From assembly GCF_000281045.1 (NCBI RefSeq), contig NW_008246106.1, positions 473,288 through 531,331 of the forward strand: a DNA stretch of 58,044 nucleotides. The letters run 5' to 3'. Of the stretch, positions 44,230-55,485 are shown piece by piece. The DNA comes from Saprolegnia diclina VS20 (Eukaryota). Position numbers and translations under genes: made by a program. Every line of letters begins with the position of its first letter. Within the stretch, counting starts at the first letter, position 1. The notes beneath the pieces are model-generated. The model saw only the letters and a program-made list of their open reading frames with translations, made no database searches and was not told the origin of the DNA.

Positions 44230-47010
44230 TTAAACGACACTCGGCTCGTCAACGACTTGGTGGTACGCGTACTCGATCCACGGCATGAGCGCTTCAAGGT
44301 CTTCGGTCTCGACGGTCGCGCCGCACCAGATGCGGAGGCCCGGCGGTGCGTCCTTGTACGAGCCAATGTCCACAGCGACGTCGTTGGCCTCGAGGATCGT
44401 CTGGAGCTGCTTGAGCTGCGCTTTGGACGCCTTGGGCAGCTGGAGACACACGGACGTCTTGGAGCGCGTCGCCTTGTCCTTGGCGAGGAACTCGATCCAG
44501 TCGGCGTTATCTTCCACAAACTTCTCGATGACGCCGAGGTTCTTGGCGGCCTTGGCGCTGAGGCCGGCGACGCCACCTTGGGCCGCGGCCCAGTCGAGCG
44601 CGTCAATGTAGTCTTCGACGCAGAGCATCGAGGGCGTGTTGATCGTGCTGCCCTTGAAAAGGTCCATGCCAATCTCGCCCTTGCTGTTCTTGAGCCGGAA
44701 GATCTTGGGCATCGGGCGGTTCGTCGGCGTGAACGACGCCAAGCGCTCGAGCGCGCGTGGGCTCAGCACGAGCATGCCGTGGCCGCCCTCGCCGCCGAGC
44801 ACCTTTTGCCAGCTGAACGTGCACACGTCGATCTTGTGCCACGGCATCTCCATCGCAAACGCCGCCGACGTCGCGTCGTTGAACACGAGACCGGTCCGGT
44901 CGTCCGCGATCCAGTCGGCGTTGGGCACGCAGACGCCGCTCGTCGTGCCGTTCCAAGTGAAGCACACATCGTGGTCCATAGGCACGGACGCCAGGTCCGG
45001 AAGCTCGCCGTACGGGGCCGAGAAGGTCGTCACGTTCTCAAGCTTGAGCTCGTTGATCGCGTCGTTGTGCCAGCCCTTCCCAAAGGCGTCCCAGTAGCAC
45101 ATGGCGACCGGCTTGGGCCCGAGGAGGTTCCACATGGCCATCTCGAACGCGCCCGTGTCGGACGCCGGCACGATGCCGCACACGTAGTCGTCAGGCAGCT
45201 GGAGGACGTCCCGGGTCTTGGCGATCGCGTCGGCGAGCACGTGCTTGCCAATGGTCGACCGGTGCGACCGGCCGAGCGTCCGCGTCGGCAACCCGGCGAG
45301 GCTGTAGCCAGCGCGCTTCTTGCACGGGCCGGAGCCAAACTGCATCGACTTGGGCTTGATCGCGGGCACGTTGAGCGGCGAGGGGAGCGAGAGCGGCATG
45401 TCGAGGAGGTTGACGAGCCGGACGTTGCCGAGCTCTTCCATGCGCGCGAGTTCGTCGAGCACCTCGGACGACGGCGCGTCATCGACGTTGAGGACGCCGA
45501 CGGCATGGTTGTCGGTGCGCCCGAGGCCAAAGCAGCCAATGTTGACGTGATGCTTGGCAAGGACCGACGTGACGGCGTGGAGCACGCCGGGCTTGTCGTT
45601 GTTGGTGAAGAAGACCATGCTGCCGCTTAAAATCGCGTCCAAGCTCAGCGCGTTGTACTGGACGAGGCGGAGCTGGTTGGCGCCAAACACTGTGCCCGTC
45701 ACCGTCCGTGTCGAGCCGTCATCCAGATGACATGTGACCGTCACGACGTTGTTGTAGTGCAGGTCTTTCTCGACAAAGTCCTCTTGCGCGTGCTCGTCGG
45801 TCGAGATGCCACGGGCGTGCACGATGTCCAGCGCGTTCTCGGGCGTCACCTCTTGCTCGAGCAAATGGCGGCCCAGACCCATGCACACGGACGCTCGAAG
45901 CACGTTGGGCGGAATCGCAAACACCTCTTTGCCGTGGGCCGTGACGCGGACGGTCGCAATCTTCTCGGTCCCGAGCAGCTGCGCCTGGAGACTCCCTAGC
46001 TTCTCGGCGAGGAGTGCGTACGGAGGCCGGACGCAGTGCTGCTTCAAGTCGAGGTTGGGCGCGTTGACAATGTTGGTGTACGCTTGGCCGCGCAGCGCAG
46101 CGTCCACTTGCGTCGAGACCGCCAGCGACACGCGCGCCTGCGCCTCCTTCGTGCATGCGCCAATGTGCGGCGTGCAGAGAACGTTCGGGTGCTGGAAAAT
46201 CGCGTGGTGCTTCGTCGGCACCAAGTCGAGGCCGAGGCCCTGGATCTTTCCGGTCTCCAAGCCGTCAAGCGCCGCATCGAGGTCCATGAGGCCGCTTCGG
46301 GACGTGTTGAGGATGTAGACGCCGTCCTTGCAGCGCGCGAGGCGGTCCTTGTTCAAGAGGCCTCGCGTGCCGGCCGTGAGCGGGCAGTGGAGCGAGATAA
46401 AGTCGCTGCGCGCGCAGACGTCTTGGAGCGTCGCGGGCTCAATGTCCAGTCGCGCCGCGGCCTTGTCTGAGAGGAGCGGGTCGTATGCGAGCACGTTCAT
46501 GCCAAAGGCGAGGCAGCGCTTCGCGACCTGCTCGCCGACGCGGCCGAGGCCGATGAGGCCGATCGTCTTGCCGTGCACGCCCGAGATCGAGTGCTGCTGC
46601 GCGAGTGACGTGAGGAGGCCCATCGTGAGCTCGGTCGCCGCGATCGTGTTGCCGCACGGCGTGTTCATGACGAGGATGCTCGCTTTCGTGGCCGCGACGA
46701 GGTCGATGTTGTCGACGCCTGTGCCCGCGCGCGCCACGACGCGCAGCTGCTTGCCGGCCTCGATGACGTCCTTGGTCACGCGCGTGTTGGAGCGCACGAT
46801 GAGGCCATGGTAGCTCGGGATCGCGGCCACGAGCTCCGCCGGCGCGAAGCTGCCGACGTCGACGTTGTAGCCTTTCGCCCGCAGCGCGTCGATGCCCTGC
46901 GCGTCGATCGGGTCCGTCACGAGGATGCGCGTCTTCGTGGCCATGTGGCGGCGCGCGATCGGTGCTCGCAGGGCCAGCGTCGAGAGGCGCGTCGAAGGCA
47001 GGCGCCACAT
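44230..47010 (-). CDS. Mitochondrion-targeted D-3-phosphoglycerate dehydrogenase / phosphoserine aminotransferase fusion
   Basis: Presequence; RAGTGVDNID, GLIGLGRVG, TPHIGA, ACT domain NDKPG..NI; then FGSGPCKK, GRSHRS, PASDTGAFE, WNGTTSGV, DATSA, FSWQKVLGGEGGHG, GLRIWCG. Single 926-aa ORF. Confidence 0.95.
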   Translation of the reverse strand: MWRLPSTRLSTLALRAPIARRHMATKTRILVTDPIDAQGIDALRAKGYNVDVGSFAPAELVAAIPSYHGLIVRSNTRVTKDVIEAGKQLRVVARAGTGVDNIDLVAATKASILVMNTPCGNTIAATELTMGLLTSLAQQHSISGVHGKTIGLIGLGRVGEQVAKRCLAFGMNVLAYDPLLSDKAAARLDIEPATLQDVCARSDFISLHCPLTAGTRGLLNKDRLARCKDGVYILNTSRSGLMDLDAALDGLETGKIQGLGLDLVPTKHHAIFQHPNVLCTPHIGACTKEAQARVSLAVSTQVDAALRGQAYTNIVNAPNLDLKQHCVRPPYALLAEKLGSLQAQLLGTEKIATVRVTAHGKEVFAIPPNVLRASVCMGLGRHLLEQEVTPENALDIVHARGISTDEHAQEDFVEKDLHYNNVVTVTCHLDDGSTRTVTGTVFGANQLRLVQYNALSLDAILSGSMVFFTNNDKPGVLHAVTSVLAKHHVNIGCFGLGRTDNHAVGVLNVDDAPSSEVLDELARMEELGNVRLVNLLDMPLSLPSPLNVPAIKPKSMQFGSGPCKKRAGYSLAGLPTRTLGRSHRSTIGKHVLADAIAKTRDVLQLPDDYVCGIVPASDTGAFEMAMWNLLGPKPVAMCYWDAFGKGWHNDAINELKLENVTTFSAPYGELPDLASVPMDHDVCFTWNGTTSGVCVPNADWIADDRTGLVFNDATSAAFAMEMPWHKIDVCTFSWQKVLGGEGGHGMLVLSPRALERLASFTPTNRPMPKIFRLKNSKGEIGMDLFKGSTINTPSMLCVEDYIDALDWAAAQGGVAGLSAKAAKNLGVIEKFVEDNADWIEFLAKDKATRSKTSVCLQLPKASKAQLKQLQTILEANDVAVDIGSYKDAPPGLRIWCGATVETEDLEALMPWIEYAYHQVVDEPSVV

Positions 47011-48488
47011 CGCAAAATGAGGTTGACCTAATCGGTCGGATCTTGACCTGTTTTTTAGTGCGTCGTGTTTTAAACCTGTGTTTTATACGTGTCGCCAACG
47101 CAAACCTCAAGCTCGCAGGGTGCAAGCGAGAGGCGATGCGTGGGAGGCGTGTTGGCTGGCTATTGGGATGAAGTATATCTGTATGTTACAATGGCGAGGA
47201 GTCCAAGGACGTGCGTTTGCGAACACAGAAGCGAGTGACCTTTCGGCATCTTCAAGAAAGGTCTCAACATTGAAGTTCTGTTTGTATCCGCTGGGATGAT
47301 AACGCGAGTGATGCGCAGAGTTGTTGACGATTCAAATCGGACGACGCAAGGTCGGAGACGCAACTTGCTCGAGTACAGTAATGCGCTAGCCACGAAGAGC
47401 GCCGAAGCAGCGGCTGCTCGTCCTCGAGTGAAGGGTGTCGAACATGGATGGCGCAGATGAATCGTCAGCACATTGTTTATCGTATGCTGTTTTATACAAA
47501 TCAATGTTTTTTATACGTGTATCGCGGCATCTGATTGGCCATTCGTTTGGCACCACAAGATCGCAAATAAGATTCCAGAAAACCTTTTGAAATGCATGTT
47601 TTGGGATATAATAAGATAGAGGTTTGCCATACCCAACATTACCGCACGAAGATGCTTGTCAACTACAGTTAACGGCGCTCGATCAACGCAAACTCGATCT
47701 TGATCGTAGAGGCTGGTGTTTCTAGTACCGGTAAATATCAGTATATGACACGACTGCGGCAGCTGCTGCTGCACCAACGAGGATGCAACGCCATGCACCC
47801 GCCACTTGTCCTTGCCAATGCGGCCTCTCCACTACAGCACCACGTATCAGCTATGACGCTGCTGTTATAGGCGCTCAACGATCTCGTCGCGAGCGGTCGA
47901 GGGCAGAAGCGACTACGCTGGCAGGACGGGCGCAGGTGATTTTCCAGCTTGATAATTCGCGATCTTGCTTTTCACACGTGTATATTCCGTGTCCAAGAAA
48001 AACGCACCGTTGCATTGGCTTCAAGGTGAGAATTGTATGTCGCTTTGGAATACCTGTGAACGGTATTGCGGCATCTTGGATGTTGTATGTCGTCAAGTAA
48101 GACCATAAAACGGTATTCTTGTAGATGCCAGTAGAGCATTAGAAGAGCCGCTTGGATCGACCGACAAAACCGTACAATGACCAGTGTAGGCTCTAGCTGA
48201 GAGGCATCTCGCTGGGTAGCGTAGTGCAGTGCCACGTCATTCGAGAAGACCTTGTTGCACGCTCCAAGTCGGCTATGAAAAGAAGGTGCGTGGTCACGGC
48301 CCCCAAATCCATCCAGTTCCTCACGCGCATACAAACACCAAGCTTAAATCAATTCCCACGCCGTTTTTGAATTTTCAAATTCGTTTCGCACGTTTCTAAC
48401 GGTATCCGGAGACTTATCCGGACAGTCGCACGAAGACACGAGGGGATTTTGCGTTTTACACGGCGAGAAACTGACGGGGGAAATAGCC

Positions 48489-49253
48489 ATGATGGCCAAC
48501 ACGTACGCCCAAGCGGCGCAGCTCCACGTCCCGCACCCGCAGCAGGTCCATGTACCGGCGCCGCCGATGGCCGAGAAGACCAAGGTCGGCCGCAAGCGCC
48601 ACAACATCTGGGAGTACTTCCAGGAGGACGGCTCGACCAACCCGAAGCGCACGCGCTGCAAGTGCAAGTACTGCGGCCACAGCTTCTTCTCCGACTGCAC
48701 GCGAATGAAGAAGCACATCATCAGCTGCACCAACTGCCCAGATGCGGTGCGCCAAGAGGTCAATGAAGAGTTTCTGCAGCTTGAGCCCGCGGACCCGTCG
48801 GCGGGCCGGCTCAAGCGGTCGATTGCGATGGCCGACCTCCCGCCGCTCAATAGCTACGAAGCCGCAACGGCGCCGCCGGGTGCACCCGTGTACTCGTCCA
48901 AGGCCGAAGCGAACGCGCAGCCTGCGTCCAAGAAGCTCAAGGTCACGACGCCGACGCTGCTGCAAAAGACGATGGGCGAGGCGGTCTGGGACTGCTTCCT
49001 CCACATTGTCAACGACCCGACCACCGAGGATCGGCTGGGCATGCAGGGTGTCAAGAAGATGGTGTCGATCTTCAAGCAAGAGGTCCACCGCGAGTCGCTC
49101 CGCGCGCTGCTTCTGCTCGCGTGCCCACAGCCCGACAAGCTGCCGTCCATCTCGACCAACCGCCCGAACGGGGCCAAGTTTATCGACGCGTACATTCGGC
49201 AGCTGCAATTTGGCCTCTTTGAGACGCTGTCGGGCCCACAAGAAACAGTCTAG
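48489..49253 (+). CDS. BED-type zinc finger protein
   Basis: IWEYF...RCKCKYC..F..TRMKKHIISC pattern; 254 aa; no transposase core. Confidence 0.8.
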   Translation: MMANTYAQAAQLHVPHPQQVHVPAPPMAEKTKVGRKRHNIWEYFQEDGSTNPKRTRCKCKYCGHSFFSDCTRMKKHIISCTNCPDAVRQEVNEEFLQLEPADPSAGRLKRSIAMADLPPLNSYEAATAPPGAPVYSSKAEANAQPASKKLKVTTPTLLQKTMGEAVWDCFLHIVNDPTTEDRLGMQGVKKMVSIFKQEVHRESLRALLLLACPQPDKLPSISTNRPNGAKFIDAYIRQLQFGLFETLSGPQETV

Positions 49254-49339
49254 TTCCTCCTCCTCGTATCTATAACTCTCAGATTGCACATAAGCTAATT
49301 AGCCGTTTCAACTTTGAAGCGTCCTTTCTACTCATATCG

Positions 49340-52300
49340 ATGCGCGCGTGGGCTCTCTTGGCGCCGCTATCGGCAGCCTACGTCGTGCAGCCGCCGCTGC
49401 GGGACGACAACTTTGCTTGTTGCGGTGGCTGCTCGTCGAGTGTCCGCAGCGACCAAGTGTACCTGGCGACGGGCGCGCGCGTCATGCTCTGGGACACCAA
49501 CGTCAAGGTGAACCCCCAGCCGCAGTGCCTGCTCACGTTCCCTTACGACCCCACGCGCGGCGAAGTAGGCCTTGCCTGTACTTTTTCAATAAGATCTACT
49601 TTGGTGTAGTCGCCAGGGCCCCGCCGTGTGCGCAGTGGCTCGCTCGTCGGGACAACGTTTCCGCTCAACCACGACGCCGACGCGCGCTGCTGCTTGAACG
49701 GCGGCACGTGCACCTTGTCGGAAGACGACGCCCAGGGCAAGTACGTTCTATCTCTCTACCTCTCGAGCGACTGCGAGTGGTGTAGGTGCAATTGCGTGCA
49801 GCCGTGGGGGTTCCGTGGCGACTACTGCGAGCTCTCGAGTACTTTCATTCTTCCTCTTTTGCATTGTTGAAGTGATTTGCCTAGTCTACGACCTGGCGAT
49901 GATTGCCAACTCGGTAGCGATTTCCAAAGCGTCGAGGCGGATACGAAGGACGCCATAGGGCGTGTACCCGCGCACGGTGAATGTGTCTGCGATGCCGATC
50001 GCGTACCCGGACCTGCGGCCGCTTGTGTACAACTTGTCCTTTTTATCGTCCATTACAAAGTAGCTGATCGAGCAGCGTCTGTCGCTCAGTCGTTCGCCGT
50101 GTAGTACGTTCTTGCCGACGACGCCGACGCCCGACATGGACGCGACCCTCGCTACGTACCGCGCGATGGCCTTCCAGCTCGTCATCCTCGGCCTCCTCGG
50201 CGCGTCCGGGCTCTGTATTCTCTTCGTCTTCGGCCACCTCTTTAACGTGTGCCTCAACTACTGCCGCTGCCGAAAGCGTCCGTACTCGCTCCTCGAGAAG
50301 CTCGTGACGATGCTCCTCATGCTCGGCGCCGTGGTCGTCCTTGGTCGCCGAATCCTTGCGTCTCGGCGGTATCTCACGCACGCATGTAGGCGGCAGCCTC
50401 ACAAGGTCATACGTCAACTACGAGCTCCTCGTGCAGCATGCGGCCAACATTACGTTTCTCGTCGCCGACGCGCTGCCAGCCGACACGCTCACGTTCTACT
50501 CCAACGTAAACAGAGTCGCACGACTCTGGGTCTCAACATGTGCTAGTTGAATGCGCCGCTGCGCGCAATCATCGATGGCTTTCCGGGCGCCCGCATTCCG
50601 GAGCTCCAAGCCGCGCTACTGGATCAAATGGCCCTGTACACCTCGCTGAACGTGACGGACATGCCGCAGATCTTTGCGTCGACGACCGCGCCCTTGGCGG
50701 CCCTCGCGCTGCCCTTCCCGATCGCGTCCTCATACGGACAGCCCGCATGCTCGAGCATGGTCATCTACCGCACGGCCAGCAGCATCATGGGCATCGGGGG
50801 CGCAACGGGCTGCTTTGGCTGCGACCAGTGCGTCGCCATTCGCAAGACGTAGGACAGACGACGCGCTCTGCATCTTGACGTGAGCGTAGGATTCAGAGCA
50901 TCCAGCTCGACTGGCTGCGCGGCGCCTCGGTCGTGCACTGGATACTGTACGCGAGTCATGCCAACCTCATCACGTTTGCTCAGCTGCCGCTGCTCCCGAC
51001 GCTCGTGAACCTCTCGGTCTCTCTCAACCAAACGCTGGCCGACGTCCAGCGCGTCAATACGCACCAAGCGCGCATGCTGGCCACCCTCGTTTGTCTCTGG
51101 TACATGGTAGGGGGTTGATGATCAACTTTTTTCTAGACAAACCAACTCACGATGCTCATTCAGCCCGGCGTCTACATCGTCTACGGGCTCTCGAGTCTCC
51201 TCGCCTTGCTTGCACTTGCGGCGGCCACGCGCGGCTTTTGGCGCCGGAAAGGCCGCCTCGGGAAGCTCGCCAGCTACACGGCACAGTTGGGCACCCTTGT
51301 CGGTACGAGAAGCGCTGCTCTCGTGCGCCATCGTATTTTCGTGTAGCGTCTGCGATGACCGGAATACTGTGGACCGTGTCCTTCTGCGCGCGCGATGGCC
51401 TCGCGTACCTCGACCGTATTGAAGCCAACATGTCCGAGCTCTTTCAGAACACGTCGTCGCGCAATGGTAACCTTGTCGCGCGTGAGGCCCTGCGCTCCAC
51501 CGACTGCTAGACGCCATCAACCTCCTGCACGATCAATCCTGGGTCGCAAATCGGTCCTTGCTCTCGGTCTCAAATTGGTTTGCACAATATGTGTCCTCTC
51601 ATTTTTGGTGCGTAGCTCTTGGAGTGCGCCGACCTTGTCAAGGTGCCGCCACTGCCGACGCCCGACACGGGCATGGCGCCGCCGCCGCTGTACAATACGA
51701 CGCAACTGTTTTTCTTCCCCGACTTTGCCGCGCTCGCGACGCAGGTCAGCGTTATTCCATCACGACACTATAGTTGACAAACGTCTCTAGTTCAACAGCT
51801 CGGACCCGAGCCGCATCACGTCGCTCTTTGGGTGGGACGAGAGCTACGTCACGCTCGCCCACCGCTTCTTGACCGTCCTCTTGTTTGGCAACACGACCGT
51901 GCCGTCCCCGTATACGGCGTCGAACGACACGCGCGTCACCACCTTCACGACGGACCCTAACCGCGATGGTGTCTTCAACGCCTCGGACGTCCAGCTCATG
52001 GCCTCGCTCTACGCCCAAAACTGGTCCACGCTGACGCACAATGAATCGACGCGCCAAAACTCGTACTTGCTCCAACAGTGGCGATGGTGCGGGGAGCTCG
52101 AGGTCGCGCGCGGCCGGCTCCTCGCCTATATGGACAGCGTCGCTGACGTTGCGCTGGAGGCGCGTCCGCATTTGACGGCGATGCAAGCCAACACGAGCGC
52201 ACTCGCGAAGCTCCAGTACCCGTTCCAGTCCGCAGTGAGCTTTTACACGTCGAAGCTTCAGACGTTCAAGCTCGCCGACTGCTCGTACGCCGGCAACTGC

Positions 52301-52598
52301 GGTATTATCCGTGTTTGCGATGCGAGATAACGCCCTTTGTCTAGCATGGACGCGGCAGCGCTGGAACGAGCTCCATAGCGAGCTGCACGCGCTCGGCGCC
52401 GCTGCCGACGAGATGACGCTGCTCTTTGCAATAGCGACGCTGGCCCTCTTGACAGCCTCGCTCTTTGCCTTTTGCTTTGGCGTCCGCGTGCACAAGCCCA
52501 AGGTACGCGTGTACGTCGCTGCGTAAGTACTCAACTAGACCAAGCAAAGGATTACTGCGGCGTTGGCGGAGGAATATTGGGCACGCAGTGCATCTTGA
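49340..52598 (+). CDS. Membrane glycoprotein with EGF-like domain and about 5 TM helices (multi-exon; prominin/tweety-like topology)
   Basis: Hydrophobic N-terminus, CLNGGTC..C.C..GFRGDYCE across an intron, TM pairs near 50170-50330 and 51160-51390, last TM about 52415-52480, several N-x-S/T sites. The end may be 52526 if the last intron is not used. Confidence 0.6.
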
Positions 52599-53478
52599 GC
52601 GCTGGCACAGACACGACACGGCGCTCCTAGAACGTCGATATGTGAAAGTGGGCGATGGACGCGGTATCGAACCGGAAGGATCACCGCGCTGAGCTCGCGG
52701 CCATAGCAACAGCCCGTGTCGAGCCCGAGAGCATGCGCACACTCCTAGTCATGTTGAAGGGACCGTGCGACTAGAGATGCGGCACCTGAAGCCCGGCCTT
52801 GGCGTCGTGGCCAAAGACAATGAATGGCGGACCGTTGTACTGCGGCGCCCAGAGCCCGCCTGTCTCGGGCTTGGCCTCGGACGCGGCCCACGCTTCATTA
52901 GTCGAGCTCGGAGGAATGAGGTACCGCATCTTGTAGAGGTTTTGGGGCACTTGCGCCTCGAGCGGGATGTTCGGGACGACGCCAGCGTGCACCACCAGCG
53001 TGTCGAGCTCGGGCAGGGCGATCGAGAACGGGAGCTGCTCGAGAAACGCAATATCGTCCGGCGAGAGGTCAGCCACGTAGTCGTAGCGCGTGTCAAAGGC
53101 GGCGATGGACGTCTCCGGCGTTCCGGTCCGCCGACCGTAGTAGGCGCTCAAAGCGGCGTCGTCGTGGTTGCCGCGGACGCAGAGCGCGCCGGTTGTGCGC
53201 ACAAACCGGACGACTTCGGCTGACTGCGGCCCTTTGTTGACGAGGTCGCCGACAAAGATGAGCACGTCATGGGCGGGCGCGAAGGCGCAGGCAGCGAGGA
53301 GCAGGTGCACCTCGTCGAGGCAGCCGTGGACGTCGCCCACGATCACGACACGCGCGCCGATAGGGACGTGGTGTGTCTACGGCTCATTAGCCCCGCGCCA
53401 GAGACAGGCAGCATGACTCACAGCGTGGAGCGTCCGGGGCAGGGCCACGTCGGGGTGCGCTCGCGGTCGCGCGGCCAT
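52552..53478 (-). CDS. ApaH-like metallophosphoesterase (Ap4A hydrolase / ALPH / Ppn2-type)
   Basis: GDVHGC, GDLVNKGP, RGNHDD, VHAG, FGHDA, and GLDTGCCYG in the next exon; ATG 53478; about 3 short introns. Confidence 0.88.
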
Positions 53479-55485
53479 GACGCCAGGTGGCTTTGAAGTG
53501 GCATGTGCCACCCTTCTACGCTTCAATGCCGAATGTAGCACTGATTTCGGCATATACCACTTGCAGCCACCAGCATGTGTTGTTGATGGAAGGGACAAAC
53601 CCGTTTGTCCCAGAGAATTTGACCAGAATTCCACGGCTGTCGTCCATCGTGTCGACGCTACAACGTACCAAGTCGGTCTATTTCTTGACGCTTGAGTACT
53701 CACAGTCCGTGCGCTTGTTCCTTGCACGAGGATCTCCATTTTTGAGGCTGAAGCTGATTGAAGCGCAGATCGAGACGCCTTTCTATTCGACGCAGATCGG
53801 TGGAGATGGCGTACATGACGTGGCACCACCCGCGACGTCGGACTCAACATGGCGACGTGAGATACTCATCAGCCGCGCGGGTGTCCCAAAGATACGTGTA
53901 CCAGTTCGTCGCACATTGATGGCGCTGCTTGGGTGCGCAATGGACACGATCGTTCGCCGAAGCTTCAAGGCGTCTGCTGCTGGGCGCCAAGGCCTCCTCA
54001 TAACGTGCGGTCCGCGTGCATCCCAGATCTGATCGTCGCCTGTGTGTAACCGCCGACTTGGTGGTTGCGACTTGTCGCCGACTTACCGGTACGTGGCTGA
54101 GGTACGTGGCGGGAAAAGTGCAGGTTAGCGGTCTCGACAGCGCTGAACCGTGCGTCCATCCGGCACTTCAGTGAGCTCCCTATCATCCCTGCGCAAACTC
54201 CAAGGGGCTGTAGACTGTGGACGCTTCGGCATGGATGGGAAAGGCAATCGCTGGACGCTGTGAACATAGCAAAGAGCAACTCGCACCCTGCCTCGTCGCC
54301 GGCAAGCTATGTCTGATCACATTCGGGCGAAACGCCGCCACTTCCCATGAATTCGAAGGATCTCAGAGGCGGTTCGAACCCCGTCACATCATCCATTGAC
54401 CAAATAATATCGCGCTTTCTGGTCTACTTGATCTTTTCGAGCGCGCCGTCGAGAGGCACTGGTGGTGGATCGAGAACAGTCTTGACGCGAGGAACGCGGT
54501 GGGGCTTCTTCACCCATAAAAAAGCTGTCCAATTAAAAATAAATAAATTCATTGACTTGTTTTTTGTATGCAAAAGCTTCTTGAGGGAATGCGCAATCCC
54601 ACCGCCTGCTTCCAGTCACCTTCTCACTTGCCCTTTTCACCGCGTGGTATGTGGTTTCACAAACCCGCTGGCGAAGACCATTCTTCGCCGTCGTCGGCAG
54701 CGCTTGGTCGACAACTACAGTGTAGAATAGGAGGCGACGCGCGCCACTCGTTTGGCTTGCCGACACCGACGACAGCGCAATCCCCCACAGTGCAGTACGA
54801 CTCTTCGATAAGACGGGTATCCATCGCTGGCGATGGATAATAATCAGCTTGTGGCTGGACAGCAGATGACGGCGAGCAACGCGTGTCATCTTCAACATAC
54901 GCTTCAAGAACCAAGCATCAAGCAAGGCTGTGAGACAGTGGGAAAAAGTAGCCAACGCCGAGGGCTAAAAAAGAGACAACCGTCCGTACAAGGCCCAAGT
55001 GATTTAAATGTCGGCGCGAAACAGCATCCGCTTGCATCGGCGTAACACTGTCCATCCCACACCCACTTCCGCGACCTAAGCTCATCATCCTCCGCAGCCT
55101 CTCCTCCTCCGACGGGTTGCTGCTGTGCCCAGTGGCTATCGACTGGCTCAGCCGAGACAGGGTGTTGAAGGCAGCGTCATTGCAGTACGGTACTACTAGT
55201 ACGAATTTCGACTTCAATCTCGCGCGACCTGTCTCGGCGCCAGTCTAATAAAAACACGAGGTATTTTAATAGTGCAAAATCAGAAACGGGTTTCTTTTTT
55301 ACCATGTCGCAGGCGCCCCCGAGCAGCATACAATTTACAAATGTAGAGCATCCGGATGCCATCCGGATTATAAAAAGCCAGTCACGTTTTTAAATTATTG
55401 TTGGGATAGAGGGTAATAAAATGCAACTTGACGGACGATTGCTATCGGACGGCCATTAAGCAATCTGCCCGGAAGCACGCAACCA

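Noticed and set aside
53500..55450. Possible small genes or TE relics in this long intergenic stretch (also 47050-48450 and 250-1350)
   Set aside because: Lower GC, short ORFs without motifs, no repeats or RNA-gene structure that I could identify.
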